DNA of 64,000 bases from a virus: positions 32,001 through 96,000 of IMG/VR virus record IMGVR_UViG_3300050821_003619, one strand, 5' to 3'. Below the pieces are notes generated by a model, which was not told where the DNA came from, made no database searches, and saw only the letters and a program-made list of their open reading frames with translations. Below are positions 47,461 through 56,995 of the stretch, piece by piece; position 1 is the stretch's first letter, and each line of letters starts with the position of its first letter. The position numbers and the translations under genes are program-made.

Positions 47461-50400
47461 TTAACGCTTCATTCTTGCTTTCTTTATGATCGGTTCATTC
47501 GCACCGAAGTCAAAGCTTGTGTCTTCGGTTTCTCTTGGCTTGAAGAAGCTTTCTCTTTCGTCGGTTTTAACTCTGTCGAAGGGTCCGCTGTCTTTTGTCT
47601 GGGGGAGCTTGCCTCTTTGTTTTTCGAGACGCTTAGCAAGTTTCCCAATACTGTTTTCAGTAGTAGGGCGCTCTCCTGCTGAGACTTCGGGTTTGCGCTC
47701 AATCTGTCTGAGGTGTTCATCAAGTTCTCCTAGATCAATTCCAAGGTCTGATAATTGCTGGCGTACATGAGGATCGTGGGCCATCAAATCAGCAAAGTCC
47801 TCAGAATAATCTCGTACTCTTTCTGGAGACTTCTCACCATGTTCAGTTAACGTCTTTGTAAAAGCCCAGATTGCAGCCTGAGCTTCGGCAGGTTCCCAAC
47901 CTAATTCTTTAGCGGCTGCTCGTGTAAGAACCGACAAAGGATGGTATGAATGGGATTTTCCTATAACCGTGCTAGCATCAGCAAAGGCTGCTTGCCAACC
48001 ATCGTTGGTTACAGCATCCATGAATCCTTTCAAATTCTTAGCAAAGCTAGGAACTTTAAAGTTTTCATTCTTGCTAATATCAGGCCATAGTTCTTCGCCT
48101 TTAAGGGCACGCACTGCGTTGCCTACCTTGGCTTTTGGAAGCGCCAACTCTTGGTTAAGCATGGTCTCCAGAGGTTTACCCTCGGGACGGCCCATATCAA
48201 CGTATTTAGACCAAGCATGCAGAGCTTCTTGCAGATTCATCTTCACAGATTGCTGTGGAGACAAAGCAGCTACGAAGTCTGTAAACTTTTGGCGGTCACC
48301 CTCTTGGAAATAACGAGGAGCCGCTTTTACCAGTGAGTCAAAAGCTGCTTGACTACGCTGGTACCATTTACGTCCGCTTTCACCGGCCTTAGCAATATCA
48401 GCAAATTCTTGCACTGATGGAGCACTCATGATGTTCTTAATGAACTTATCACGACTGTTCTCAGTCTTAAACTGCTCGCCTTCTTTCAGATGCTCTTTAG
48501 CTAAAGCCTCAGCTTCAGCTTTGGTGGTCTTTCCACCAGCTACAGAAGGTAGGTGTTCGCCGTTCTCAATCTGCTCAGGGGTAAACCCGGCAGACTTAAG
48601 TTCAGCGTCACTCATACGGGATGTCTGCATTGAAGCTTTAGGTGTACTCTTAGTCTCTCCAGAGAAATCGACTGGAATACTGAATGCCTCTCCACCAATC
48701 TTCGAGAAGTAGTCTTGGTTTTCTGCATCTTTGCCCGTGACAATTTTTGAATCATCAATAGGTATAGTAGTGTCATTCTTTAGGTCATATAGACCCTTGG
48801 AAGTCATCACCGATGCTTGACCGTACTTCTCTCCTAAGGCTTTAATGTCCTTAGGGCTGATGTCAGGGATAAAGAACGAGTGCTCATGCTGGCCGGGAAC
48901 GTCTTTTACGTGTCCCTCAACCGGCACCGGCTTGTAACCTTTATCTCTAAGTTCCTTTAAGAACTCCTGATTACGAGCTAGGTTGTCTTCATCAGACAGG
49001 CGCTCGTTGCCGGGGTTTTCAGCCGTTAACAATGCGTAGTTTTTGCCAGACTTAATGTGATCGAATACTTTCTTGGCATCCGATGCATCACTCATAGCAT
49101 AATCTGGAGGAATAGTCGCTTTCTGTTCAGGGAACGTATTGCTGTTCTTGAAGAACGATGAAGTTTGAGAACGAGTCTCATTCGTCATAGCGGGAACAGC
49201 TTCTGGACTCAAGGTTTGACGATGGGTTTTCCATGCGCCTTCTTCTCCCAATTGAGAGAAGTCGTTGTCTCCAGATAGATGTCCAAAGATGTCGTGTACG
49301 GCCCTAAACATGGTATTATATGTTTCACCTGTCTTAGGGTCCACCTTAGCCATAGGATGGTCTTCAGGCAAAGAGTTACCGCCAGTGAACACCTTCAGTC
49401 TATGATTTTTCTCTACATCCTGCTTCATCTCTTCAAAGCTGCTATATGGGTCTTCCTCTTGAGGTTCAATACTGATTCCCATTTTCTTTTGGATGTAATT
49501 CCACTGCTTCTTTACATCATCAACCAAAGAATTATAGGATTTCTTAACCTCTGGGTTATCAGGTTCATGCTTGGCTTGGTCATAGGCATCAGCAATTCTG
49601 CTAGTATCCTTGCCTAGCTCTTGAGGCTTGGACCAATCTACGGGCTCTCGGCCTTCCTTCTTGTTGGCAGCTTCCACTAGCTTTGTTAAATCAGTTTGTG
49701 GCGGCTTAGGCATATTCTTGTCTGACTCTATAGTCTTAGATGCACCTTCAGTCACGTCAAACGGCGTAGCAACGGTTTTACGCTGCTTAATAGCCTCTTC
49801 AAGCTCCTTAGCTCCCAGAGGTGCCGTTCTTGGCGTAGCTCTACGCTCAGACCCAACCGGTCTGGTTAAAGGTCTAGCACTAGCTCCAGAGTCGAGTATT
49901 GTCTCTTCTCCGTTTGGTCCAACTTGAACTATATGATCAAACTTGCCTGCAGTAGCATCTACAGCATCAGGTCCAATTAAAGGAACGGCGTTACCGGTTC
50001 TTGAATCTACTCTATAACGCTTAATTCCTTGGTTCTTCTCTGATGCTTGTCGATTAATGGCTTCTTGGCTGGCTGCGCTCTCTCCTGAAGCATTGTTGTT
50101 CACATTCTTCAGTTCATCCTTCATAGCCTGTGCAGTCTTGGCTACGTCAGATAAAGATGCATCAGGTCCAAGAGCTTCTTTAGCCCTACGGAACAAATCT
50201 GTATCTAAATCAGCAGCTTCCTTAGTAAAAGGAGCGACTGCTGCACCTTGGCTACCGCCAGATACTGGAGGAAGGTGCTTGCCATCATCCACCATCTGAG
50301 CTAACTCTTCAGGAGTATGATTATTCAACAAGCGCTGGAACACTTCTTGACGAGGGGTCTTGCCGCTCGCCTTAGGATTCTTGCCGCTTCCAATGGCTTC

Positions 50401-52539
50401 CTGACCCATGTCTTCACCAGCTGATATAGCCAGTTGACGTAGCTCAACTTGAGTAAGATTCAGAAGCTTCTCCATTGTCTCTGGACCGGCTCCTGCCTTC
50501 TGTAGTTCAGCTTTGTCTGGGCGGGATGAAAGCTTTGGTTCTCCTTCAATAGTCTTCTCTTCCCCTGTTTCGTCTTGACCCATATCTCTCAGCGCGGTCT
50601 CCCATGCTTTTTGAGATTGTGTCTGTTCTTTTTCAGGAGGAAGTATTTCACCTTCTGGTTTAGCAGGAATCTGCTCACGTAAAGGTTTGTTGCGTTCTAA
50701 TTCTTGTCCTCCAAGACCCTCTCTGGTTAAATCACCAATCTTATTTACGGTCTTGGATACTGGAGCCTCGATAGGAGCATCATAGGCACCGGCAGCTTCT
50801 TTAGCCGGTACCATACGTGATCGGATATCTTCCACATTGTCGAATGCGGACGAATCACCAACCTGACCGGGTAGCTGTAGAGGCTTACCCATGGTTCCAC
50901 CATGAGGCAACTCATGTTGTCCTCCACGGATGGTAGGTATAGGTTCAGTATCGAACCCTTTGTTCATTCTCACAGGAGCAATGCGCTCTGGGGCAACTTC
51001 ACCGGATTTCTTGACGTTCTCTGGAACCTTTTCAGTTTCAGGTTGGTAAGCACCGGCAGCTTCTTTAGCCGGTACTAGCTTTTCTCTTATATCTTGCGCT
51101 TGTTCTGGGGCTTCCTTGCCATTCAGCGCTGTTTCATAATGAAACTGGGCTTCTTCTAAAGCTTTTTCAGCCTTTTCAAACGCCTTTTGTACGGCAGCAG
51201 GAGGTTGTACTCCTTGGTCCATAGATGCACGATAAGCTTCACGAGCATCAAACGCCTTCTGATAAGCAGAATTAGCTTTATCATAAGCGTCTTGCAGAAC
51301 CTTCAACCCTTTATCTTCTTGTGGAACTGGTGCTTGCTCTTTAGGCTCAGTATATTCACCGGCAGCTTGCTTAGCAGGAACCAAATTCTGTCTTATCTGT
51401 TCCGCCGTAGCAGGGCTAGATGCCTGTGCTGTAGGCTCTGGAGCGGCCTGTGGAGTATGTATTGAATCACTCCACTGCGCTTTATCTATTGGAGCCTCTG
51501 GTTTAAAGTTGGTCATCTTAGGCACGCGTACTATAGGCTCAAATGGGCTCTTACCCATTGATTGAGCTATACCACTAGCAACGGTACCACCTGCGACTTC
51601 AGACGCTCCATGTGGTAATCCAATTTTTGGACCTAAGAAAGCTCCTGCTGCTCCACCTGCCACTGCCGGGGTGGACATACCCTCTACGGTGTGTCCCAGC
51701 ATACGTACGGTCGGTGCTGCGGTTGTTTTTAATTTGTCTCTCACTACTTCAGGCACACCAGTGTGTCCCAGAGCCTTAGCTCCAAAGTATCCACTCAGAC
51801 CTGCATCAGTAATCATTTGAGCACGCTGTTCAGGAGTGTACTTTCCCCAATTATGTGCTAGATCGGCTGCTACGCCAATTGCGTGTGCGCCCATCTGTAA
51901 GCCAAACCCACCGGAAGCGATCTTGCTTAATACTGGGGCTACATCTCCTGCTCCACCACTAGCGATAGCGAGTATTGCCATTCTAGGATCAGCAAACCCT
52001 CCGGCAAATTCTCCTACGGCTCTGCCTGCTCCCCGGCTGATGCCCATAGCAAGAGGGTGTTCCTCTTCGGCTATTTGCTCAGGAGTCTGTGTAACAGGTT
52101 GAGGTTGAAACTGCGAACGCATAGGGTTAGAAAAATCTGTGCCAGTTGCTTTCTCAAAAGAGCGAATAGGATGACTTAGGATATCGGCACCAGTTACGGC
52201 TGCCTCTCCTACGTTAGCTCCTACTTCTCCTAAAGCTTGTGCGCCTTTTTGGCCTAATTCCTCAGACATGCGAATAGGGGCAGAGTCAGTTATAGACTTC
52301 ATGAACCCTGTTGCACCCTGAGGCACAAGCTTACCAACCCAATGGTTCTCTTCTTGTGCTTCTTGGTGAGGGTACTTCGCAACGTTGGCTTTAGCTGTTT
52401 CCAACGCTGGATTATTAGGGGCAGGGAGAGCCTCCTCGGTCAGACCTTCAGGCACACCTTGCACGGATTGTGTATTTTGTTGAGGAATTTCTTCCTCTAC
52501 CAAACCTTGTGGTACGCCTTGTACTTGTGTGCCTGCCAT
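47461..52539 (-). CDS. large polyvalent ejection/internal virion protein
   Basis: Gly/Ala helical N-terminus; PAKxAAGxY repeats; FRAVHDxFGH domain; DUF3293-like TAENP domain; C-terminal AALSP..D.W..QAAIW domain. Confidence 0.7.
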   Translation of the reverse strand: MAGTQVQGVPQGLVEEEIPQQNTQSVQGVPEGLTEEALPAPNNPALETAKANVAKYPHQEAQEENHWVGKLVPQGATGFMKSITDSAPIRMSEELGQKGAQALGEVGANVGEAAVTGADILSHPIRSFEKATGTDFSNPMRSQFQPQPVTQTPEQIAEEEHPLAMGISRGAGRAVGEFAGGFADPRMAILAIASGGAGDVAPVLSKIASGGFGLQMGAHAIGVAADLAHNWGKYTPEQRAQMITDAGLSGYFGAKALGHTGVPEVVRDKLKTTAAPTVRMLGHTVEGMSTPAVAGGAAGAFLGPKIGLPHGASEVAGGTVASGIAQSMGKSPFEPIVRVPKMTNFKPEAPIDKAQWSDSIHTPQAAPEPTAQASSPATAEQIRQNLVPAKQAAGEYTEPKEQAPVPQEDKGLKVLQDAYDKANSAYQKAFDAREAYRASMDQGVQPPAAVQKAFEKAEKALEEAQFHYETALNGKEAPEQAQDIREKLVPAKEAAGAYQPETEKVPENVKKSGEVAPERIAPVRMNKGFDTEPIPTIRGGQHELPHGGTMGKPLQLPGQVGDSSAFDNVEDIRSRMVPAKEAAGAYDAPIEAPVSKTVNKIGDLTREGLGGQELERNKPLREQIPAKPEGEILPPEKEQTQSQKAWETALRDMGQDETGEEKTIEGEPKLSSRPDKAELQKAGAGPETMEKLLNLTQVELRQLAISAGEDMGQEAIGSGKNPKASGKTPRQEVFQRLLNNHTPEELAQMVDDGKHLPPVSGGSQGAAVAPFTKEAADLDTDLFRRAKEALGPDASLSDVAKTAQAMKDELKNVNNNASGESAASQEAINRQASEKNQGIKRYRVDSRTGNAVPLIGPDAVDATAGKFDHIVQVGPNGEETILDSGASARPLTRPVGSERRATPRTAPLGAKELEEAIKQRKTVATPFDVTEGASKTIESDKNMPKPPQTDLTKLVEAANKKEGREPVDWSKPQELGKDTSRIADAYDQAKHEPDNPEVKKSYNSLVDDVKKQWNYIQKKMGISIEPQEEDPYSSFEEMKQDVEKNHRLKVFTGGNSLPEDHPMAKVDPKTGETYNTMFRAVHDIFGHLSGDNDFSQLGEEGAWKTHRQTLSPEAVPAMTNETRSQTSSFFKNSNTFPEQKATIPPDYAMSDASDAKKVFDHIKSGKNYALLTAENPGNERLSDEDNLARNQEFLKELRDKGYKPVPVEGHVKDVPGQHEHSFFIPDISPKDIKALGEKYGQASVMTSKGLYDLKNDTTIPIDDSKIVTGKDAENQDYFSKIGGEAFSIPVDFSGETKSTPKASMQTSRMSDAELKSAGFTPEQIENGEHLPSVAGGKTTKAEAEALAKEHLKEGEQFKTENSRDKFIKNIMSAPSVQEFADIAKAGESGRKWYQRSQAAFDSLVKAAPRYFQEGDRQKFTDFVAALSPQQSVKMNLQEALHAWSKYVDMGRPEGKPLETMLNQELALPKAKVGNAVRALKGEELWPDISKNENFKVPSFAKNLKGFMDAVTNDGWQAAFADASTVIGKSHSYHPLSVLTRAAAKELGWEPAEAQAAIWAFTKTLTEHGEKSPERVRDYSEDFADLMAHDPHVRQQLSDLGIDLGELDEHLRQIERKPEVSAGERPTTENSIGKLAKRLEKQRGKLPQTKDSGPFDRVKTDERESFFKPRETEDTSFDFGANEPIIKKARMKR

Positions 52540-52550
52540 GATCTCTCCCA

Positions 52551-55211
52551 TTACTTAGTTGTTAATGCGTGATACTGTCCGTTTAAAGCGTAACCCTTTA
52601 CGTTGCCTTTATCATCTTTATAGATGTGCGTTGCCCCGGCTGGAACTCCAGCGGGTACATTAGGTGGAGAATTAGGAGTTGCCTTTTTAGGCGTAACCGT
52701 TGTGCCACCCTTAGGGTTATTCTTTACTTCGGTGTTTTGTGCGTGCGTGCCAAAGTTCTTATCGATAGATTGGGTAGAAGTCTTCCAAACATCGTTTTGT
52801 TCTTTGATCATTTGATCCAGCAATCCACCAACTTCCTGCTTATAACCATCAGGCAATTGACCAGCGGAAAGTTTATCAGCATGCGCTGCTGCCCAACGAT
52901 ACATTGATCCTTGTGCAGGAGACAAAGCCTGAATTTCAATCGGGCTAAGTCTTCTTACTTTACCTTCTGTACTGATCATACCTAATGTGGTAAGCATAGG
53001 AATTACGTTGGCAGCAACGGTACTATCGTCTGCTGTTGCCAGAATATTCTTAATAGACTGGAACTGTGCGATAGCATTATTGTGCTCAGCATCAGCTTTT
53101 TGCTGAAGTTCGGCACCTTTTAGGCCGTACTCGCTGGCTTTAGCACTGTTCTGTACCAGCAATGCACGCTGTGTAGCATAGCCATTCTGAATTGCTTCTT
53201 TGGTTTTCCAAACAGGCAATCCACCTTGAGCTTTAGAAGCAACCTTCTTGCTCTCGTAATCCTGCATAGCCTTATCGTACTGTGTAGGATCATCTGGATC
53301 GAGACCCATGGTTTTAGCATGGTCAATAATTTCTCTACGTCTATCCGTAAGCTTCTGACCCTGTTGCGCCTGTTTTTGCATAAAGGCCAAGTCAGCCTCT
53401 GCTTGAGCACGCTCAGGTGAACCTTCTGGTAAGCTAAGAACCTTCTTAGTTTGAGCGTCGATTTGCTCAGGAAGCTTCTCGCGCTTTCCTCCAAGCTTAG
53501 CGTTTTCCAAATCTTGATTCTGTTTCTGGTATTCCGCTAAGTTTTGTTTTGCAGATTCATACTCTGGTGTACCCGGAGCGCTATGGTTCATACGGAAGGT
53601 CTCAAAGGCGATACCTTGCTTTGGGTCCTTAGGACGCCCAGCCATTGTAGCCTGAGCATTTTTCAAGCTAGTCTCAGCTTCTGATGCCTTTCCTGCTAAG
53701 CCTTGGGTGACTTGTTGTTGTCCACCCGCCTCTTGAGCATTCAAGTTCTCACGGGTGCCGGGAATACGTTCAGTAATCGCGGGTCCAAGAACTACATCTG
53801 AAGCAATTTCTCCAGCTTGAGCTAGCCCATGACCTAGCTTACCGAAAAAACCTTCGTGATTGCCGGGTTGTCCCCACGGATGCGCTTTATTAAGGTCAGC
53901 CAAGGCCATCTTAGCTTCACCGTACGCAACGTGATCGAACTTACCGTTATTAAACTTTCCTTCAGCCGCGTCAACCATTTTCTGTTTTAACGCTGCTCTT
54001 TCACCTTCTAGCTTTTCACGCTCATTAGGTAGAGGTTGTGCCGAAGCAGTTGTGGCCATAGAGTTATGCTCTGGTTGAACTGGTTGTGCAGCGGCATTTG
54101 GGTCCTGTGGATTAGGCTGATCCTGTGGTTGTCCCATAGGAGCCATTTTTGGTGCAACAGGAGGAACTTTATTGCTTGCCGCACTCATCATAGCTGGCTG
54201 TTGTTCAGCAGATGCCTGTGTAGGTTCTGGTGAAACTCCACCTTTGCCGTCTGGCTGCGCTACGTCACCGTGCGCTCCTGCAGTAAACTGCTCAGTCGAA
54301 GGGTGCTCTGTGTCCATAGTAGGACGTACTGGAGGATTAGGCTGTTGTAGAATTGGTCCACCAAAATCTGCCGGTGCACCATGCTCAGTTTCATACTGTG
54401 CATTCTGTTCTGGAGTTAACACTCTCTCGCCTTCTTCCAATACCGCTAGCTGATGGTGTCCATCTTCTGGGTCATTCTTTACTGGCCCACCGTCATCGTA
54501 AATTGGAGCCATACGGGGCGAACCCAAAGGCTTCAAGTAAGATGACACATCAATTCTCTTTTCACCGGGCTTATCACCATACTTAGCACTAGGATTAATC
54601 TTGTCAGATTCCGTGGATTCGTGGTGTACAGCCGTTTCTTGTTTAGGAGCAGTAGCGTTCTCGTACTCCTGAATGTTCTGATTCTTAGCCGCAATTCCAG
54701 CAGCGCTATCGTCATCTGGAACAACTACTTTTGATCCTACCTTACTAACCACTCCACCATCATCCATAATAGGTGCAGTATTAGATAGACCAGACACTGG
54801 ATACATACGTGTCTGTGCTCCTTGACCGGGCATAGAATTAGGATCAATATCCCCTCCATCCTGCTGGGTAACTGGCTGCTTAGATGCAGGAGCCAAAGGA
54901 GTAGACATCATAGATGCTTCTAATGCTGAATCCGGTCTTTGCAGAGTAAGGTTAGACGTATCAGGTACGCCACCATCATCATACACTGGCAAACTCTTCA
55001 TCTGAGTTGGTGCCAAATGAATATGAATCTGAGGCATACCCGATTCTTGTTCTTGTGGTGCTACATTGAACTTATTAGCACCTGTTTGAGTCATCTGGGT
55101 TGGTTCATCTTCAGATGGCTGAACTAAGTAACGTGGCGATGGCTGTTGAGGCTTCTTCTGCTCCTCTTCGGAGTCATCTTGGCCTATACTACGTAATTTT
55201 GGTACTGCCAT
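52551..55211 (-). CDS. ejection (DNA transfer) protein
   Basis: position between the gp7-like and the giant protein; helical C-terminus; repeated DDGG. Confidence 0.6.
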   Translation of the reverse strand: MAVPKLRSIGQDDSEEEQKKPQQPSPRYLVQPSEDEPTQMTQTGANKFNVAPQEQESGMPQIHIHLAPTQMKSLPVYDDGGVPDTSNLTLQRPDSALEASMMSTPLAPASKQPVTQQDGGDIDPNSMPGQGAQTRMYPVSGLSNTAPIMDDGGVVSKVGSKVVVPDDDSAAGIAAKNQNIQEYENATAPKQETAVHHESTESDKINPSAKYGDKPGEKRIDVSSYLKPLGSPRMAPIYDDGGPVKNDPEDGHHQLAVLEEGERVLTPEQNAQYETEHGAPADFGGPILQQPNPPVRPTMDTEHPSTEQFTAGAHGDVAQPDGKGGVSPEPTQASAEQQPAMMSAASNKVPPVAPKMAPMGQPQDQPNPQDPNAAAQPVQPEHNSMATTASAQPLPNEREKLEGERAALKQKMVDAAEGKFNNGKFDHVAYGEAKMALADLNKAHPWGQPGNHEGFFGKLGHGLAQAGEIASDVVLGPAITERIPGTRENLNAQEAGGQQQVTQGLAGKASEAETSLKNAQATMAGRPKDPKQGIAFETFRMNHSAPGTPEYESAKQNLAEYQKQNQDLENAKLGGKREKLPEQIDAQTKKVLSLPEGSPERAQAEADLAFMQKQAQQGQKLTDRRREIIDHAKTMGLDPDDPTQYDKAMQDYESKKVASKAQGGLPVWKTKEAIQNGYATQRALLVQNSAKASEYGLKGAELQQKADAEHNNAIAQFQSIKNILATADDSTVAANVIPMLTTLGMISTEGKVRRLSPIEIQALSPAQGSMYRWAAAHADKLSAGQLPDGYKQEVGGLLDQMIKEQNDVWKTSTQSIDKNFGTHAQNTEVKNNPKGGTTVTPKKATPNSPPNVPAGVPAGATHIYKDDKGNVKGYALNGQYHALTTK

Positions 55212-55226
55212 GAATTCTCCTTAGAC

Positions 55227-55883
55227 CTACTGCATTGCACCTTTGGCGTTCTTAGCGCCTTGTGTTAGAGCCGTAATAGTTGCGTTCATATTCTGCAACC
55301 AACCGCTCTTTCCAGCTTCAATCTCTGTATTAATGTCGTTAGTCTGTAGACCCATTGCCTTAAGAGCAGCATCGGTATTAGTACCAAACAACGATTGCTC
55401 ACCAGCCGCACCTTCTTGGTTAAGCTGCTTGGCCCCCATAACGTCTTGAGCCGCAATATTCTCGGACGTACCAGCGGCGTTCTTCATCTTGTCACGGGCT
55501 GCTTCTTGCAGACTCTTGGTTAGCGCGGTAGCGTTGTGGGTGGTCGCCGCATTACGATTTAGAGCAGCTTGCTCTTCCCCGGCAACTCCACCTGCACCGG
55601 CACCGGCTGCTGTTAGTAGCTCATCGGTTTGTCCGGGTGTAAATAGATGCTCCGCTCCCATTTCTTGTTTAAAGAACGGGTTAAGAGTTTGTTGTCCTTG
55701 GTTAGCTAGGTTCTGATCATTAGCTGCCGTATTACCTGCTGTTGCTGCGGCATTTTTGGCTGCTGCTTGTGCAGCACGGTCGCACAAAGCCAAGGGTCCT
55801 TGATAATCAAAACCCTCTTCGTGTACTAGGGCGTATTTCTCTCCGTCCCAAATATACTCTAATTTAGTGTGTATTCTTGTCAT
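55227..55883 (-). CDS. P22 gp7-like ejection protein
   Basis: N-terminal leader ending YxGPxAxC; Ala/Gln-rich body. Confidence 0.6.
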   Translation of the reverse strand: MTRIHTKLEYIWDGEKYALVHEEGFDYQGPLALCDRAAQAAAKNAAATAGNTAANDQNLANQGQQTLNPFFKQEMGAEHLFTPGQTDELLTAAGAGAGGVAGEEQAALNRNAATTHNATALTKSLQEAARDKMKNAAGTSENIAAQDVMGAKQLNQEGAAGEQSLFGTNTDAALKAMGLQTNDINTEIEAGKSGWLQNMNATITALTQGAKNAKGAMQ

Positions 55884-56305
55884 ATCCCTTTATCCCTAGT
55901 GTGTCTCGACCAAGAGTGCCAGCCGTCACGGTCCTTGGACCACCCTAGCTGTGTCATTCTCTTTGCAAAAAACTTATCAATATTCTCTGGTACCCAGCAG
56001 ACACAAGTATCTATGCCTCTCGTCATGAGATCATGCATTGATTCTGCTTGTAGTGCTTGCAGGCCCAAAAACTTTTCTTCTGGTAGAGCCCAGTCTGAAG
56101 CGTCAGACCACAAATATGTTTCTACCTCTAATCTAAATCCCACAGCCTGTCTTACAACCCCGTCTACTTCTAATACTTTTTTGACTATGAAGAGGCGTGA
56201 ATCAATGCATGGCATTTTGTAATCAATATTGGTAGACTCGTGTATCTTGGCTATTTGATCGAAATCTGAAGGCTTATATTCGCGTACAATGGCACCTTGG
56301 CTCAT
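55880..56305 (-). CDS. GNAT-fold virion assembly protein (P22 gp14-like)
   Basis: IVREYxxxD start, LGW near the end; position before the ejection genes. Confidence 0.5.
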   Translation of the reverse strand: MSQGAIVREYKPSDFDQIAKIHESTNIDYKMPCIDSRLFIVKKVLEVDGVVRQAVGFRLEVETYLWSDASDWALPEEKFLGLQALQAESMHDLMTRGIDTCVCWVPENIDKFFAKRMTQLGWSKDRDGWHSWSRHTRDKGI

Positions 56306-56943
56306 TAGTGTTGTACCACGTTTCTTTTTGGTGCAGGTGCAGGACGAGTTAAAACGTCGCCTAAACCTTTTCCACCTTGTTGACCTGTTGTAGACGCTGT
56401 ACCGCTACCAGTTGATGGTAGAAGAGACATTTTGCTGGTACCGGTCAATTGAATTCCTGTTGGATTGCTTAGTCCACCTAGCACTGTTGGTTCTGATGGA
56501 TCGCTTCCTTGTGTCTGCGGGTAGCTACGCATATAGTACGTTACCGGCGCACCGTTATTGTCCAGTGCTGGCAAATGCAAAAATCCTGATCTAGAACCGT
56601 TGTGTGGGACTACGTGTGGCTGAGTAAAATTTGGAGAAGTATCGATTTCGGTGAAATATTGTGTACCCTTGTGCACTTGTTGGTTATGTTCCAACGTCCA
56701 ATGCAAATGCTCAGACGTAGTAGTTATAATGTTGGTGTTAGAACTAAATGTTCCTGCTACATTAATGGAATCTACTTTTGGAGGGGTAGGAAATAGTCCC
56801 ACCGATGACACAGCCGCATTGTTGGCAGTAGTGTTTACAGCTTCAATTATTCGGCGTAATATCTTGCCCAAGAATGCATCTTTTTGAGAAAGATATGTTA
56901 GTTCCGATCCACCTTCTAATTGCTGGTTTTTACCTTGCGCCAT
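56305..56943 (-). CDS. tail-associated structural protein
   Basis: GAGG RBS then ATG 56943; FN3-like YxxxxxxxxxF...YYxRxY. Confidence 0.55.
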   Translation of the reverse strand: MAQGKNQQLEGGSELTYLSQKDAFLGKILRRIIEAVNTTANNAAVSSVGLFPTPPKVDSINVAGTFSSNTNIITTTSEHLHWTLEHNQQVHKGTQYFTEIDTSPNFTQPHVVPHNGSRSGFLHLPALDNNGAPVTYYMRSYPQTQGSDPSEPTVLGGLSNPTGIQLTGTSKMSLLPSTGSGTASTTGQQGGKGLGDVLTRPAPAPKRNVVQH

Positions 56944-56958
56944 GAGTCCTCTCAAATT

Positions 56959-56988
56959 AAATAACAAAGGGACGCCGAAGCGCCCCTC
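56959..56988 (-). terminator. intrinsic terminator with UUCG loop
   Basis: GGGGCGC-TTCG-GCGTCCC-TTTGTTATTT on the minus strand. Confidence 0.65.
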
Positions 56989-56995
56989 TGTAAAG

